Source: Klebsormidium nitens
Lineage: Eukaryota > Plantae > Klebsormidiophyceae
DNA: 64,000 bases
Direction: 5' to 3'
Assembly: GCA_000708835.1 (NCBI GenBank)
Contig: DF237220.1
Coordinates: forward strand, 52,507-116,506
Below, piece after piece: positions 42,801-55,137 of this stretch; position 1 is the first letter of the stretch, and each line of letters opens with the position of its first letter. The notes beneath the pieces are model-generated. The model saw only the letters and a list, made by a program, of their open reading frames with translations. It was not told the DNA's origin and did no database searches. Position numbers and translations under genes: made by a program.

Positions 42801-45800
42801 ACTTCCAATTTCTGAACAAGGATCGATATCTTGAGAGTCTGCTTGAAGGAGTCTATGTTGACTTGCCCCGTAGCGTCTCTTCGACAACGTTCCTTTCCAG
42901 TTTCCATGACAGTTTCCATGCGTTACTCCATAAACCGGGCCGACAATCTTCTGCGCTGCTGATAAAAAGAAGCAATACATCCACCGGTTTAGAGCACGTG
43001 TGACCAAAAGCCGTCAGAACGATGCTTGAATTGAGTGAGATGCTTCTATCCGCAGATTGAGGCCGGCTCTGCCAGAGAGAGCGACCTCCAGTCGCAGCTG
43101 GAGAGCGTGTCTGCGTCTCTGGCCGCGTCGAAGGAGGAAGGCGAGCAGGCGCGGCAGCAGATTGCGGAGCTGCGCTCCCAGATCAGCGACCTGGAGGTGC
43201 GCCTGAGCGCGGAGCAGGAGTCGTTGAAGTCGGTGTCGAACGACCTGGTCCAGAGCCACGCGCTGGTGGACAAGCGCGAAAAGGAGGTCGACTTTCTGCA
43301 GAGCGAGGTCGCGCAGACCACCGCCGCGCTCGAGAGCGCCCAGCAGCAGGCCGCCAGCCTGCGTACAGACGTCGCAGCGCGTGACAGCGCGCTCAACAAG
43401 GAGCGCAGCGTCTCATCCGCGGCCAAGTCGCAGGTGGGCGGGGTAGCTGCGCTTCAATCGCAGACTCTAGCTTCGGAGTAGCGCATGCAGCAGGATGTCG
43501 GCATGGCCTCTCTAAATCGTTTTACCATTTTGAACAAAAGGTCGGGTAATGAGCCAGCCGGCCGCTCGCAGCTGGTTGCGGAACACTTGCTCCAGTTTGC
43601 CAGAATAGCGGCAAGCTGTGCCGACGCTTGTATACCCATGCAGTGCAACCCTCAACTCATAGTCACCGCGTCGAGAGTCTGTTGGCAGTTGCAGGTCAGT
43701 TTAGTCCAGGACCGTCTGTTCCCGAGAAACACACCAGGAGCGACAATCTGGACGGTTGATATAGCCAGATACGACCAAGAGCTTCGCTAACGTGACCTGC
43801 GCGTTTCCGGCGCCAGGTGGAGGCGTCACAGCGTGCGCTGACGGCGGAGAAGGAGACGGTGGCGGGGCTGCGGGCGGGCGTGCAGCAGGCGTTGGCGGAG
43901 CTGGAGGGCCTGCAGGCGATGGTGACGGCGAAGCAGGAGGAGCTGCGGCGCGTGGTGGCGGCCGCGGAGGAGCAGGCGCAGGAGCTGCAGTTCCTGCAAC
44001 ACGCGCTCAGCGCGGAGAAGCAGGCCAGCGAGGGGCTCAGGTGACGCCCCGCGCACGCGCCGGCGAAAGCCCATCAAGAAATGGTTGCTTTTGAGAAGGG
44101 GTGCCGACTTGATCGGGACAATTGAGTCGGCAAGAGTGGCTAGTTTGGCTTTCGAAGGCACACAAAAGTCATCGAGTCTTTCATAGGCCTCAATTCAAGG
44201 TGTGAGCGTCCCCACATTCCATTTGCCAACATACCTGCCTGGATTCAATTCGAGGACGACTGAAGGGGCACATGGGTCGCTGGCTGGTCGCTGTCCACGG
44301 AGAAGTCAGCTTGTTGCTGCGTGGACCGATGCTATCAAAAGTCAATCTGCAGTTGTGGTCGCTCCTGCCGGTGGTCAGTGCACAGATTATGGAAATGAAA
44401 GCAGCCCGGCGTGTTTCTGGGTCGCCTTTCGCGCTCCCCTAGATTCCGCTCTGTTGTGTGACGCTCCGTCCCCCCTTTCTGTGCAGGTACGACGTGGTCA
44501 AGGCGGAATCCGCGCTTGCGGAGGAGCGTGCGAAAGTGTTCGAGCTGGAAGGCGATCTGGCGGCTGCGCGCGGCGAAGCAGGCAAGCTCAAGGGGCGGGT
44601 GACGGAGCTGTCGCGCGCGCTGGAGGCGGCCGAGGCCAAGGTGGAGAGCAACGCCAAGGTGCGCGCCGAGGCAGCGGGGCTGGTCAAGGCCGCGGAGGAC
44701 CAGCTCGCGCAGGCCAAGGCGCAAGTGCGGGCGCTGCGGGAAGAGGTGCGTGCGTGCAGAGTGGAGCTTTTCTTGGTTCGCTCGCCTAGGATGAACCCGC
44801 GTGGATTGCAAGTTTGCCGAGCGTCTCAGTTTCTATCTATCGCATTGGTGTGAGTGATCGTGGCTTTTATTCCTTGAAGACAACGACCCACCAGTTTATG
44901 CTGACTCGTGCTTCCCTGCTTCCTGCGGAGTTTCTAGGAATTGCAAGGGTCCTTGAAGGGGTCCGATACAAAGTTTTGGTGCCCCACTGGCTTGCGTGAC
45001 AGGACATTCTGGCGGCCGAGGTTGGGTAGATAGGACTCTGTAGCTTTTCCGGGGAAGCGACAGATTTGTGCAGCTGCGAAGACCTTGAGTCGGGACTGAC
45101 TAGTCATTTGATCAGACCAGCGTGTCTACTAGTCCTTGCTCTTCAAGTTCCGCCCCTCCGGGATTCTGTCTTTTCAGAACGGTGTGATCGAGGGCGCGCG
45201 GCAGCGGCTGGAGGATGGCCGCGCGCGCGACAAGCAGACGCAGGAGCTGCTGGCGGCGGAGCTGCAGGGCGAGACGAACGCCGCAGCCGCCGCGCGCAAG
45301 GAGCTGGGCGACGTGCGGCAACAGCTGGCCGCGGCGCTGGAGGCAAGCCGCGCTCCTAGACGGTCTTCTGTTACGTTGGATTGTGGAGGAGTAGAGCAGA
45401 CGATGTGCGATAAGAATATGGATGCGCCCCTTCTGTTGACCTCCTCGTTGGACAAGGGTCAACGTGAAGTAGCGTGTTCACCTTTTCAGAGAGGTCTCTC
45501 AATGTAGAAACGATGGTTCTGCAGCGCAGGCGTTGTCGCCGCATATGTGACTGGGTCAAAGCCTGGTGGCGGTAGGACTTTCAAGAAAATCAGCCTCCTT
45601 GGGACGGGCTTGTTGGTGGGATGATTTTTCTTCGTGGTCTTTAGGTGTGCTTGCGTTTTGACAGTTACCTGTTTGTGCGGATGCAGAAGCTGTNNNNNNN
45701 NNNNNNNNNNNNNNNNNNNNNNNNNNNNNNNNNNNNNNNNNNNNNNNNNNNNNNNNNNNNNNNNNNNNNNNNNNNNNNNNNNNNNNNNNNNNNNNNNNNN

Positions 45801-46555
45801 NNNNNNNNNNNNNNNNNNNNNNNNNNNNNNNNNNNNNNNNNNNNNNNNNNNNNNNNNNNNNNNNNNNNNNNNNNNNNNNNNNNNNNNNNNNNNNNNNNNN
45901 NNNNNNNNNNNNNNNNNNNNNNNNNNNNNNNNNNNNNNNNNNNNNNNNNNNNNNNNNNNNNNNNNNNNNNNNNNNNNNNNNNNNNNNNNNNNNNNNNNNN
46001 NNNNNNNNNNNNNNNNNNNNNNNNNNNNNNNNNNNNNNNNNNNNNNNNNNNNNNNNNNNNNNNNNNNNNNNNNNNNNNNNNNNNNNNNNNNNNNNNNNNN
46101 NNNNNNNNNNNNNNNNNNNNNNNNNNNNNNNNNNNNNNNNNNNNNNNNNNNNNNNNNNNNNNNNNNNNNNNNNNNNNNNNNNNNNNNNNNNNNNNNNNNN
46201 NNNNNNNNNNNNNNNNNNNNNNNNNNNNNNNNNNNNNNNNNNNNNNNNNNNNNNNNNNNNNNNNNNNNNNNNNNNNNNNNNNNNNNNNNNNNNGGAGGCA
46301 GCAGTGACGGCAGCCAAGAAAGTGTCGGCCGCCGAGAAGACCCAGGCCGACACTGAAGCAGCAGTGACGGCAGCCAAGAAACTGTCGGCCGCCGAGAAGA
46401 CCCAGGCCGACAGTGAGGCAGCATTGACACCAGCCAAGAAAGTCTCGGCTGCAAAAGCGGCCCCGCCCAGCAAGCCCCCCCCGCCGCAGCAGCAGAAGCC
46501 TGCTGAGAAGGTCCGGCCGAAGCAGGTCGTTTCGGCAACCAAGGCGGCTGAGTAA
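39805..46555 (+). CDS. Plastid thylakoid-anchored long coiled-coil protein, MFP1-like, with a C-terminal 20-aa tandem repeat; last exon spans an assembly gap
   Basis: Exons 39805-40111, 40907-41367, 41689-41814, 42398-42643, 43056-43433, 43817-44040, 44487-44745, 45178-45342, 45687-46555. Architecture: transit peptide, RR-hydrophobic-ASA signal (LARRSLLAAVLLSSQALVLGAASA), a TM segment (GGIAAAVAGLASVVLGFALV), then several hundred aa of A/E/Q/L heptads. The MFP1 identity rests on architecture only. Confidence 0.7.
45694..46293. other. Assembly gap (600 N)
   Basis: Run of N characters. Confidence 1.
46295..46460 (+). repeat. 60-bp coding tandem repeat (EAAVTAAKK[V/L]SAAEKTQAD[T/S]), about 2.7 visible copies
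   Basis: Unit GA(G/A)GCAGCAGTGACGGCAGCCAAGAAA(G/C)TGTCGGCCGCCGAGAAGACCCAGGCCGACA(C/G)T. The third copy degenerates into TPAKKVSAAK. Confidence 0.9.
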
Positions 46556-47481
46556 CACTATACGCCCAGTGTAAGCTAGTCATCCTCGGACCATACAAGG
46601 TGATTTATGGACAGCGCGTTGCACCTTAGACCTACTTTAGAAACTCTCTTGGAAGTCGGAAGTCTTAGGTGGAGTTGAACATAGAATGTTTCTCAGGGTT
46701 GATCTGATTTGTGGCGGGCGTAGGAGTCTTTCACAGACCTTTGAGCAGATAGTACGAATGGGCTCGCAACCGGGCAGTGGCGCTTGTGTGGTTGCGTAAT
46801 AAATTTACCGATTGACTGCAAAATTGAATCTTGGGTCTGCCCGTCTAGAACATTTGAAGCGTCCGCAATCAGATGCACTATATGGCAGCTAGTCTTTATC
46901 CAGAGTTAGGTTCGAGTCGGCATGGGAGCAATACGTACGGCTTTGTCACTTCGGTTAGCATGCATGGTTCGGCAGTGGATTGGTTAGCGGCATGGCAATA
47001 CAGCCTTGTTTGTAGCGCATGTGCGATCCTTATCTCCGTATAGTGGCCTGCGATGGTGAGGCTGTGCCTCAGATTACTAGTGCATGCGTTAGTACTTCAT
47101 TGCTCACACAGAATGCGCACCAGATTGCGTATTGTTTGGAGCCTCGAATTACTCAGAGAATGCCCGGATCGCATTGGTCACTGTATACTAGATACAGTGT
47201 TAAACGGACCACGAAAGGAGCATTATTTGAGCAGTTCTTAAATTTCCACTGCAACTTGGACGGTATAAGCTAGCAAAGAGAAGGCTCAGTGCTGCTGGTG
47301 AGCATCGCACCTCCGTGACTTCCAAGCTGCGGCATCCGATCGCAGCCAGGCTGCGGCATGCCTGCAGGCACGTAATGGACTAAACGTGGCCGCCCCGCGC
47401 CACTCATGCTGCACCCCGGGGCCCGCCAGGATCAAGTAACCGGCGCAGTTGCAGTTGACCCTGGACGGGATAAGAACCGGT

Positions 47482-48258
47482 GGCCGATCACTGATCATCA
47501 TACAACGATCACACATGCCGGAAAACCAACTTCCGGCCGGCGATTTTCGCCAGTTCTGGCCATTCTGGCCGTCGACGGCGGCCAGAAAATTTCTGCCATA
47601 CTTTTGTCGGTCGGCCACGGCCGGCGACGGTCGGTACTGCCGTCACTGTCGAGGAAGCCTACGTGGCAAACATGTTCCCCCGGGGCAAAACCTTGCCGTC
47701 GCGGGTTGTGTTTTACCGACATCATCATCAGGCTGAAGAGCATATGTGAATCTCATATAGGTGTTTATAATCACAAAACACAGAGTATACGGATATGGGA
47801 CGGATATAAAAAAATGACCGGTGTTCAGATAAGTTGAGTGGGGTTAAAATTGACATGATCACGGGGAACATGGGCATCATAGACCTGTCAGGACTTGGGT
47901 TATGGGTCTTGGATTCAATCTCCCGGGGATACAAACCTGTTAGGTGGTAATAAGCTGTGACACATATTCGGAGAGAAAAAATAACTTTTGGGCATACCAT
48001 AAGCACGGAGTCTTCATGCACTCTGGCAGGTTATATCAAGCAAAGTTGCTCGGTTCCTGGAAGACTTTCCTTGTTTAACGGTCATCGGACGTCCCAGATT
48101 TGGCCATCGCCAAAACAGCTCGACGGCTGTACCGACCAGAAGTTGATGGTCGCTATGTGTGATCGACCCGAGTCCGCAGCCGGCCAAACAGCCGTCGAAA
48201 TCTGTCACCGGCCAGAAAATTTCGCTTTCATGTGTGATCGCTGATCGCTGTGATCGCT
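47482..48258. mobile_element. Possible degenerate non-autonomous element with imperfect inverted ends
   Basis: CGATCACACATG at ~47506 is inverted as CATGTGTGATCG at ~48229, with tandem GATCAC/GTGATCGC words at both ends. GGCCAGAAAATTTC is repeated at ~47580 and ~48210. Arms are GC-rich and the centre is more AT-rich. No target-site duplication was found. Confidence 0.3.
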
Positions 48259-48271
48259 GACGGTCGCTCGC

Positions 48272-48342
48272 GAAGCCCAGACCAGCCGAAGCCCTGAAGC
48301 CCCGAAGCCCCAGGGCCCAGGCCCAGCCGAAGCCCAGACCAG
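48272..48342 (+). promoter_or_regulatory. Cluster of AGCCC/GGCCCA (site II-like) words upstream of the DUF3531 gene
   Basis: GAAGCCCAGACCAGC occurs twice, flanking GAAGCCC and GGCCCAGGCCCA words, ~250 bp upstream of ATG 48591. A function as a TCP-type site II element is inferred. Confidence 0.35.
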
Positions 48343-48590
48343 CGCGTGCGGTACCGTAAAAGCTTTGAATCAACACCGGTAGGTGTTGAAGGTTGCACTG
48401 CCTCTAGGGTGTCAATCCATGTTCACTAGTTTCAACAGGAACTGGCGGCCTGCTCCGAACGTCTGGCCCTGGGTACCGGTATTCACAGAATGCTGTGCAG
48501 GCTACAGTACAGGATGCTCGGATAGCTAGGCAGGCACTCTCCATACGTCTGCCACTGGTTGAGCTGAGGACTGCTCGTTTCTTTTGCGAC

Positions 48591-51500
48591 ATGGCGCTCT
48601 CCAAGGCTGCCTTTTCCTCGAAATTGAGAGCTCCTGTAATCGTGCAGACCGCTTCCAGTTCGTTGGAAAAACGGTGTTCTGCCACAGCACATGTGCCGCT
48701 GTGCAAAGCTTTTGTGCCGGAATCCTCTGTCTTAACAAAGGCAACATACAATGCTGGTCAGCCTTGGTCCGATATATTTGAGGTTGAGTGTCACACACTT
48801 TTTTGTCGAGGGAGGAGAAATAGAAAGAGTGGTAGAGGAGGGGCTGGCAGCATGGAAGCAGGGGGAGGCAGTTCCAATAGTGGCAAAGAAGGTCGGGAGA
48901 GACGGCGGCGCGAAGGCATCAAAAGAGTGGTGTTGAAGCGAGGAGAAGCATCGGATGCTGCAGGAAGTGAAGAACCAAGGCAAGGTTCTGTCGAACTGCT
49001 AGCTGTCAGGCGATCACTATTTACAGCACGTGCTTGCCTCTACCTGCAGTAGACTCTTTGTCCTGTAGCATAAGAAAGTTGCTCATAGAATGATGTTTGT
49101 TGGTAATGGTGCGGCCAATCTGCTTGACTGTTTTGAGTGCAGCAGAATCTGAAGGCCGCTTCCTTGATCACTTGGAGGCCGCTGAAAGATTTCCAGTGAA
49201 TGGTGGTGGGATTGGATTTTCTTTCAGTCAATAAATCGTGTAGAGTCCTGCACATGGTCAAGAAAAGTGACGTTCTTGCTTGCAAACAAAGGCAATTTGA
49301 GCTAGTGGGGCCCGATTAGTCTGCCTGCTATTGACACAGTGTGGGGCGAGTTGTTTGGCAGGCTGGGGACCGCTGAGAACCCAGAGATCTTGGAGGAGCC
49401 GATGAGCACGGTGGAGAAGCGGCTGCGAGAGCAGCTGGAAGCCCTGGGGGGGGAGGAGTTTCGGCAGCGGCGCACCGTGAGCTGGCGTGATGAGGACCAG
49501 CCGGAGAGGAACGTGGGTGAGTATCGAGTCCCAAGCCGACAGGACTTGAAGGACGGGGACGAGTACATGTACACACAGACGGAGTTCAAGGAAGGGGAGT
49601 TTCCACAATGGGCACAGTGAGCCATTCTGCCCTTGTGGGGCTTCCACGATGTCCTTCCATTGTGCCCGTGGCTATCGCTTCTGTTTCTGGGTGTTCATGG
49701 TCTGATGACCCAATATCTGCAGATCTATCTGTGTTTGGGCCTCAGAGGCAGACTGCCACAGACAGTGCAGACCCATCCTACGGTGAACGTGAGCTCCTTC
49801 GGTTGCTGTCAAAGTATTTGCTTGATTGCGAAGTCAGAGATTGTAATGAGGAGTCAGCGATCCCTTTGCATCCTTGTCTTTGTCCAAAGCTTTTGTTATA
49901 GATGCTTGGTTTTCTGCAGTAACGAAACTGTGTAGCCACCAGGCTAGACAGTGTGGCAGTTTAGTTCTGACAACTTGTCGTCAGGTTCTGAGTCTTGGTG
50001 CCATTGTTTGCAGAGCATATCGGGACGCAGCTAAGAATGACGACGAAATTGCGAAGTTACTCGATGGCGCGCTCGATGACCCAAAAGAGATGCAGGCCAG
50101 GGTAGGTGCAGACCCTGTGTGAAGCCTGCAATGCCGGTGGAACTTTTTCCAGTTTTTCCGTGAAAGCAACAGCGTATTGAGGAAGGCTGTCACTCCCAAG
50201 TCTTTCTGCATGGCAGGAGCACCATGCACGGCGCTTCGCATACAATTGCTGTCGCCTTGCTTGACCCTGCCACTTCCTCATACTCCTTTCGTGGCAAGGC
50301 CAGCCATTTGAAAGAGCATCTTTTGACCGGTCTGCAATTCTGGTGGATATGCAGATGGAGGAGCGGCTATCAAAGAACAAGTCCGAAATATTGCAAGAGA
50401 AGACAGGAGCTGCGGAGCCACCGCAGATTGTCTTCAAAAAGTGAGCTGGGGACCTCCTCGACCCGCACACCGCCAATGCAAGCGAACCTACGAGAGTGGT
50501 CTTGCTCCTGTCTCCCAGCCACTCTAGTGGCGCAGTGGTGATGCAGGATTCTTTCTCTTGCATTCCCGTCTGCGCTGAGCATCAGGTTCTGGCTTGTTTG
50601 CCAGGGCAGGTAGGTCGTAGCTGTGTTGATGATCGTGTTGTTGAAGTCCGGGAGGTATTTGTGCAATCACCGGAGGATGACAGTGGATCTTGTCGATTTA
50701 CTGGTGGAACTTCGTCTCGTAAGGTCTTGTTCTGAACGCGTTTATGTTGTCTGCAGTTTTGATCCGTTTGATTTGAATATCTGGATACAATTGTACAAGC
50801 AGCCCTCCGACGACGACGCCGACCTTCTCGCAGGGGTAGGATGAATGTCGAGCACTCTTCCAATGCAGTGCTGATAGCTTCTTGATGTTTGGAGACGTCA
50901 AGATGCTTAAGAATTGCAAACAATTTACAGCCTGCCGAAGCCTGTCCGAGTGCCGAGTGTCAATCTTGGAACTCGCGATTTTTCGCTCGCAGTTGCTGTC
51001 CACTGGTTCCTCTCCCCTCGCTTCTTTAGTTCGACGGTGCTGCCGAACCTGATTGAACATTGTTGCCTGCGGTGCAGATCCTCCGATCGTGGTACATGCT
51101 TGGCAAGATCGGCGCTTATAACTCTGCCAACCTTCAGGTGGGTTTCCTGTTGATCTTCTCTGCTGAGTATTTCCCAGCGCCCCGGCTGCGGTGCTTAGTT
51201 TTCTTTACTTCACGGATTGGACATCCCCAGTTGTCCAGTCTGGCTAGTTTGTGTGGAGCACGTAATGACTTCACCGACTTCGCAAGTAGGAGGAAACTTT
51301 ACATGCTTTCCATTCACCTCATGGCGAGCCGACACTTATCATCTGAGAAAAGGCCCCATATGGTTGCTTCGAGTGGTTGTCTGCACTTTGCAGCAGCTTT
51401 TAGAGAACAGTCAGTTTTGTACTTTTTTAGATTCTGATCAAGCGACGGTGTTTCTTACTGTCTCCCCTGAACCGTGAAGTTCTGATGCTCACCAGATTGG

Positions 51501-53816
51501 CCGCTTCACCCCCCGTCACAGTCCTCTCGTCCGTTGACGGGCTCGGCCCCCCACGGTGCGCAGGTGTCCGACCGCGAGGAGCTGCTGGACCTCCAGAAGG
51601 ACGAGAAGAACCAGGCCAGCGCCATCCGGTACGACACGCGGCCCGCACCGGGGGAGAGCAAGGTCATGCTCAAGACGTATCTGCACAACATCGGGGACCT
51701 CGAGTTCCAGAACGAGTGGGGAAAGCTCTGGTGAGCGGACCCGCGCCGCTGCTCTTGCGGATGATTGAGCAAGCATGGGTGGTTATTCATTTGTCCACAT
51801 CAGCACGCTCCTCGTCCCCGGTCGACTTGGTGAAGGCATCGATCTGCGACGAAGTCAACACGGGCATTTCGCAATCAGGTGTTTCTCTGGTTTGAGAAGG
51901 TCCCGTCTTGGGTGGAAAAATCCTGGCTTTCTGTTGTGCCTTTTTTTCGCAAGAATGATATTCTTTGACCATATCTACCGTTCCTGATTCCGAGCGCTAC
52001 GAGCATGGATCCCTTCGTAGTTCGTTTCGTTAACTGTATCTGTTTGAATGACTCTGCTGTCATAGTGGGTTCCGTGTCGGAAAGCTTGTCAAGAGACGCA
52101 CGCAGCAGATTGACTGCTTCGACTGGTGTGACCTGATGCTTGTGTGAAGCGGTGGGTGCCACTGGTTGCCGCTTCGAATGCGAAGTGCTCTGGAGGCTTT
52201 CGCGCCTCGTATTCCGACTTTATGTCCTCGCATTGCCTGTCCATGGAACCTGTCTCATCTGCAGATTGTTTTGGCGCAGACCTCTTTACAGTTGTTGCCT
52301 CGCATTGCGACATCGTCTACACCGCGCCTTTGTTGTTGGTAGCAAAACTGGGTTCGGTTGGCTTTGAAAGCCGTGTTTTGCCCCGGGGGAGATGATGTTT
52401 CGGTAAAAGGTCTGAGCGCAGCCTCACGGCTCCGCACCCGCTGCTCGCCCCTCGCTTGGCACGTGGGCTGTACCCCAGCGGTGCTCGTAAGCTATGGATC
52501 ACTGTCTTCGCAAGCAGCCCAACAGGACCCTAATTCTGCCCGCAGCCCAGTGGCTGCGGGCCACGGCCGATCTTTTTACCCCTCCAGCATAGCGTGTGCT
52601 GAGGAGACAGATGTCGGCTGGTCAGCGATGTGCCGAGGGAGGGCTGGGCACTCAGCGGTGGCCCCCGACTGCGCGCATGATTACGATCATTGTCCTGATC
52701 CCCTGGGCTCTTCTGATTGTCGTTTTTCATCGGCTTTGTTTTTATGGGAGGTCTGCTTTGCTTTGCTTTGCTTTGCTTTGCTTTACTCTAGGATTGCATT
52801 CTGGATAGGTGACTGTAAGTCTTTTCCTCGTGCAAAGCTGACGCACCGAGGCACTCTATCTATGCCTTTCAATCTGAGTTTCAAAATGTTGTGTCCTCAA
52901 CGTGGCCCCACTCGTCTTCTGAGAGCTTTGCACTAGAGACCTATTGAACGACCCCCGTTTAGTCGTTCCTCGGCATGTGTCTACCTTTGATTTAGTAAAG
53001 TAGCCGAATGTCCTTTTGCGACACAGTTAACCATGAGATGGAGGCGATGCCGGCCCTGGTCTCTCTCACTTGCCTTACCATCTTGCGCTTCTCAACAAGC
53101 CTTTTTCGCAGACTCTTATCTCCATCCTTTCTTTGCTGCTTGCTCAGCCTTGCGAGCAGTCGTTCCATCAGTAATCTCAATGACTTCATTGCCCTCGCCA
53201 CGTCTGTATTACCGTCAAATTCCGGAGCCTGGACTTTCGTTTAGGGTTTTAGGGTTTTATTGTTTTAGGGTTTCCCTCAAAAAGTCTTATCTTATAGGAG
53301 AGTCGAAGTGGCTATTCGCAAGTCCAGTCGAGCGTGGAGTCATGTCCTCACCGCTGATTTGGGTCACTTCGTTTGCAGGATCGATCTGGGCACGTCGGAC
53401 GCCCTAGCCCTGGACGTTCTGCTCAACGCGCTCTTGAAGTTTAGTGATGAGTGCGTGCCCTATCCCTTCTCGATGCGAGCCTGGCCGTTTTACCTGACAG
53501 CGTGCGCTGTGCGTGCAAGGTCTTCAAATGATTTGGGTAGCACTTCAGATCTTGTGCGTCTAATCTGGCACGTGGATCTTATGAAGGGCACTAGCCCGCT
53601 GGATCCTGCAACTGTGGATTGTCTGCTTCCTATTCGAGTTTCTGTCAATCTTCTCTCGAAGGAGCTTCCTTCTCTGTTTACTGATCCGCTGAAAAGACTT
53701 TGCCTCCTCCGTGCAGTTACGTGGGCATTAAGCAGATTATATTTGGTGGTCAACTAGAAACATGGGACGGTATGATGGACAAAGAAGACAAAGAATACAT
53801 GAAGATTGTAATCTAG
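48591..53816 (+). CDS. DUF3531-family plastid protein (cyanobacterial origin), ~440 aa
   Basis: In-phase exons: 48591-48984, 49340-49616, 50014-50101, 50355-50440, 50757-50835, 51078-51137, 51564-51730, 53379-53450, 53717-53816. The translation IVFKNFDPFDLNIWI...ILRSWYMLGKIGAYNSANLQ...YLHNIGDLEFQNEWGKLWIDLGTSDALALDVLLNALLKFSDDYVGIKQIIFGG matches the DUF3531 pattern as recalled. Confidence 0.82.
52754..52784 (+). repeat. (GCTTT)n microsatellite
   Basis: About six copies: CTGCTTTGCTTTGCTTTGCTTTGCTTTGCTTT. Confidence 0.9.
53240..53273 (+). repeat. Interstitial telomere-like repeats / telo-boxes
   Basis: TTTAGGG TTTTAGGG TTTTATTG TTTTAGGG TTT inside DUF3531 intron 7. Confidence 0.75.
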
Positions 53817-55137
53817 AAGAATACCCTCAGATCGGATCACGGTCACCTTTTCGTTAATATCTGGATGCATGAATGATGGTCACTTCCATATCAACGAAAT
53901 CCTGGCAATGCATGAATTTGATGGTATTTTCAGATTTATCAACCGTCGCCGCTACAGCCGCCATGGCCGTGGAGCACGCGGTTTTTTGATGGCCGGGGTC
54001 AACGGAATCCACATGCACCGCGTTGGGGCGAGGACCTTCTAGTTGGTTCACGCATGCAATTTAGCATAGTGACGCATGCTCTAGTTCAAGTTAGTATGTG
54101 CCATGGGAGTCCTTATACCGAGCTGTAGCCGCAGGCAATTCTGACAGTCACTAGCTTTCTGCTTTTCACATGGATCTCGAGCCCCGAATTCAAGTATACA
54201 CAGCTGAGTCCGGGCATGGCACGCAGAGGCCTGGCATGCCTTGCAGTCATGCACTCGCGCCGCCGCGGTTCGTTAGTACAATCCATGCAAATTAATTCGC
54301 TTCGATCCGATCGATTTAGTGAGCGCCATCACTGATATCAAACGTTTGTATGAGCCGCTCTAGCTGGCGTATGTGATATAGTAGTCAATTGAGATCTAGA
54401 AATCATTTGGGCTCTGTTTGTTGTTACATTGCGACGAGGTTGGGAAGCCTTGGAGCTCGCAAACCTAGTGAGGTGCATCACTCAGGGGGAAGATGTTCTC
54501 TTTCCAGCAACCAAGGAGTGAGTCAGCTCAATCGAGGAAGCTTTAATAAACATGACGCCTATGTGGCATGTGCCAATTGGAGCAGATCTATGCAAAGCTG
54601 AGCTAGTGGGTCAATGCTTATTGACTGCAAGACAGCAGACGAAGCCTGTGAATGCAAATACAAAGCACCTAAGTTGACACAATCTTGATAGATTTTCAAA
54701 CATCTGATTCGGACCTGTGACTGTCAATCCCAATTTCAGACTAGTAGCTCAAGTCAGTTTGCCCCTCAGGGCCCCTCAACATGCACTAAGCCTGCATTCA
54801 AACTCCGCTTACAACCCCTATACCTTGTCCTATGATGCAGCGACATGCACGAAACTGGCGTTCCAGTTGACCGTTTTCAAATAAGTTCTGCCACTGTTTC
54901 TTGCCTTGAGCCTTAGCAATGCATACAAAGCTGTTGCTGCCCAAACGCAACCAAGTCACGTTTGGTATGACGAGCTCATCACACCAAACGGACCGGGAAC
55001 TCTTCGCGCAGACTGCTAGCTGCACTCTGCGCTTTGTTCTAGGTTGCTAATGGAGATTAGCACAAGATTTTAACTCAACCCGCGGTATCGAAGCTATACA
55101 CTGTAAGCACACTCGTAAACCCCAGCCTAGGCTCGCT

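Noticed and set aside
45486-46598. Several 220-370 aa ORFs
   Set aside because: Artefacts of translating through the N gap.
50684-50718. Possible DUF3531 mini-exon ending at a GTAAGG donor
   Set aside because: Phase is incompatible with the preceding exon; the direct 50440-50757 splice gives the family-like IVFKNFDPFD.
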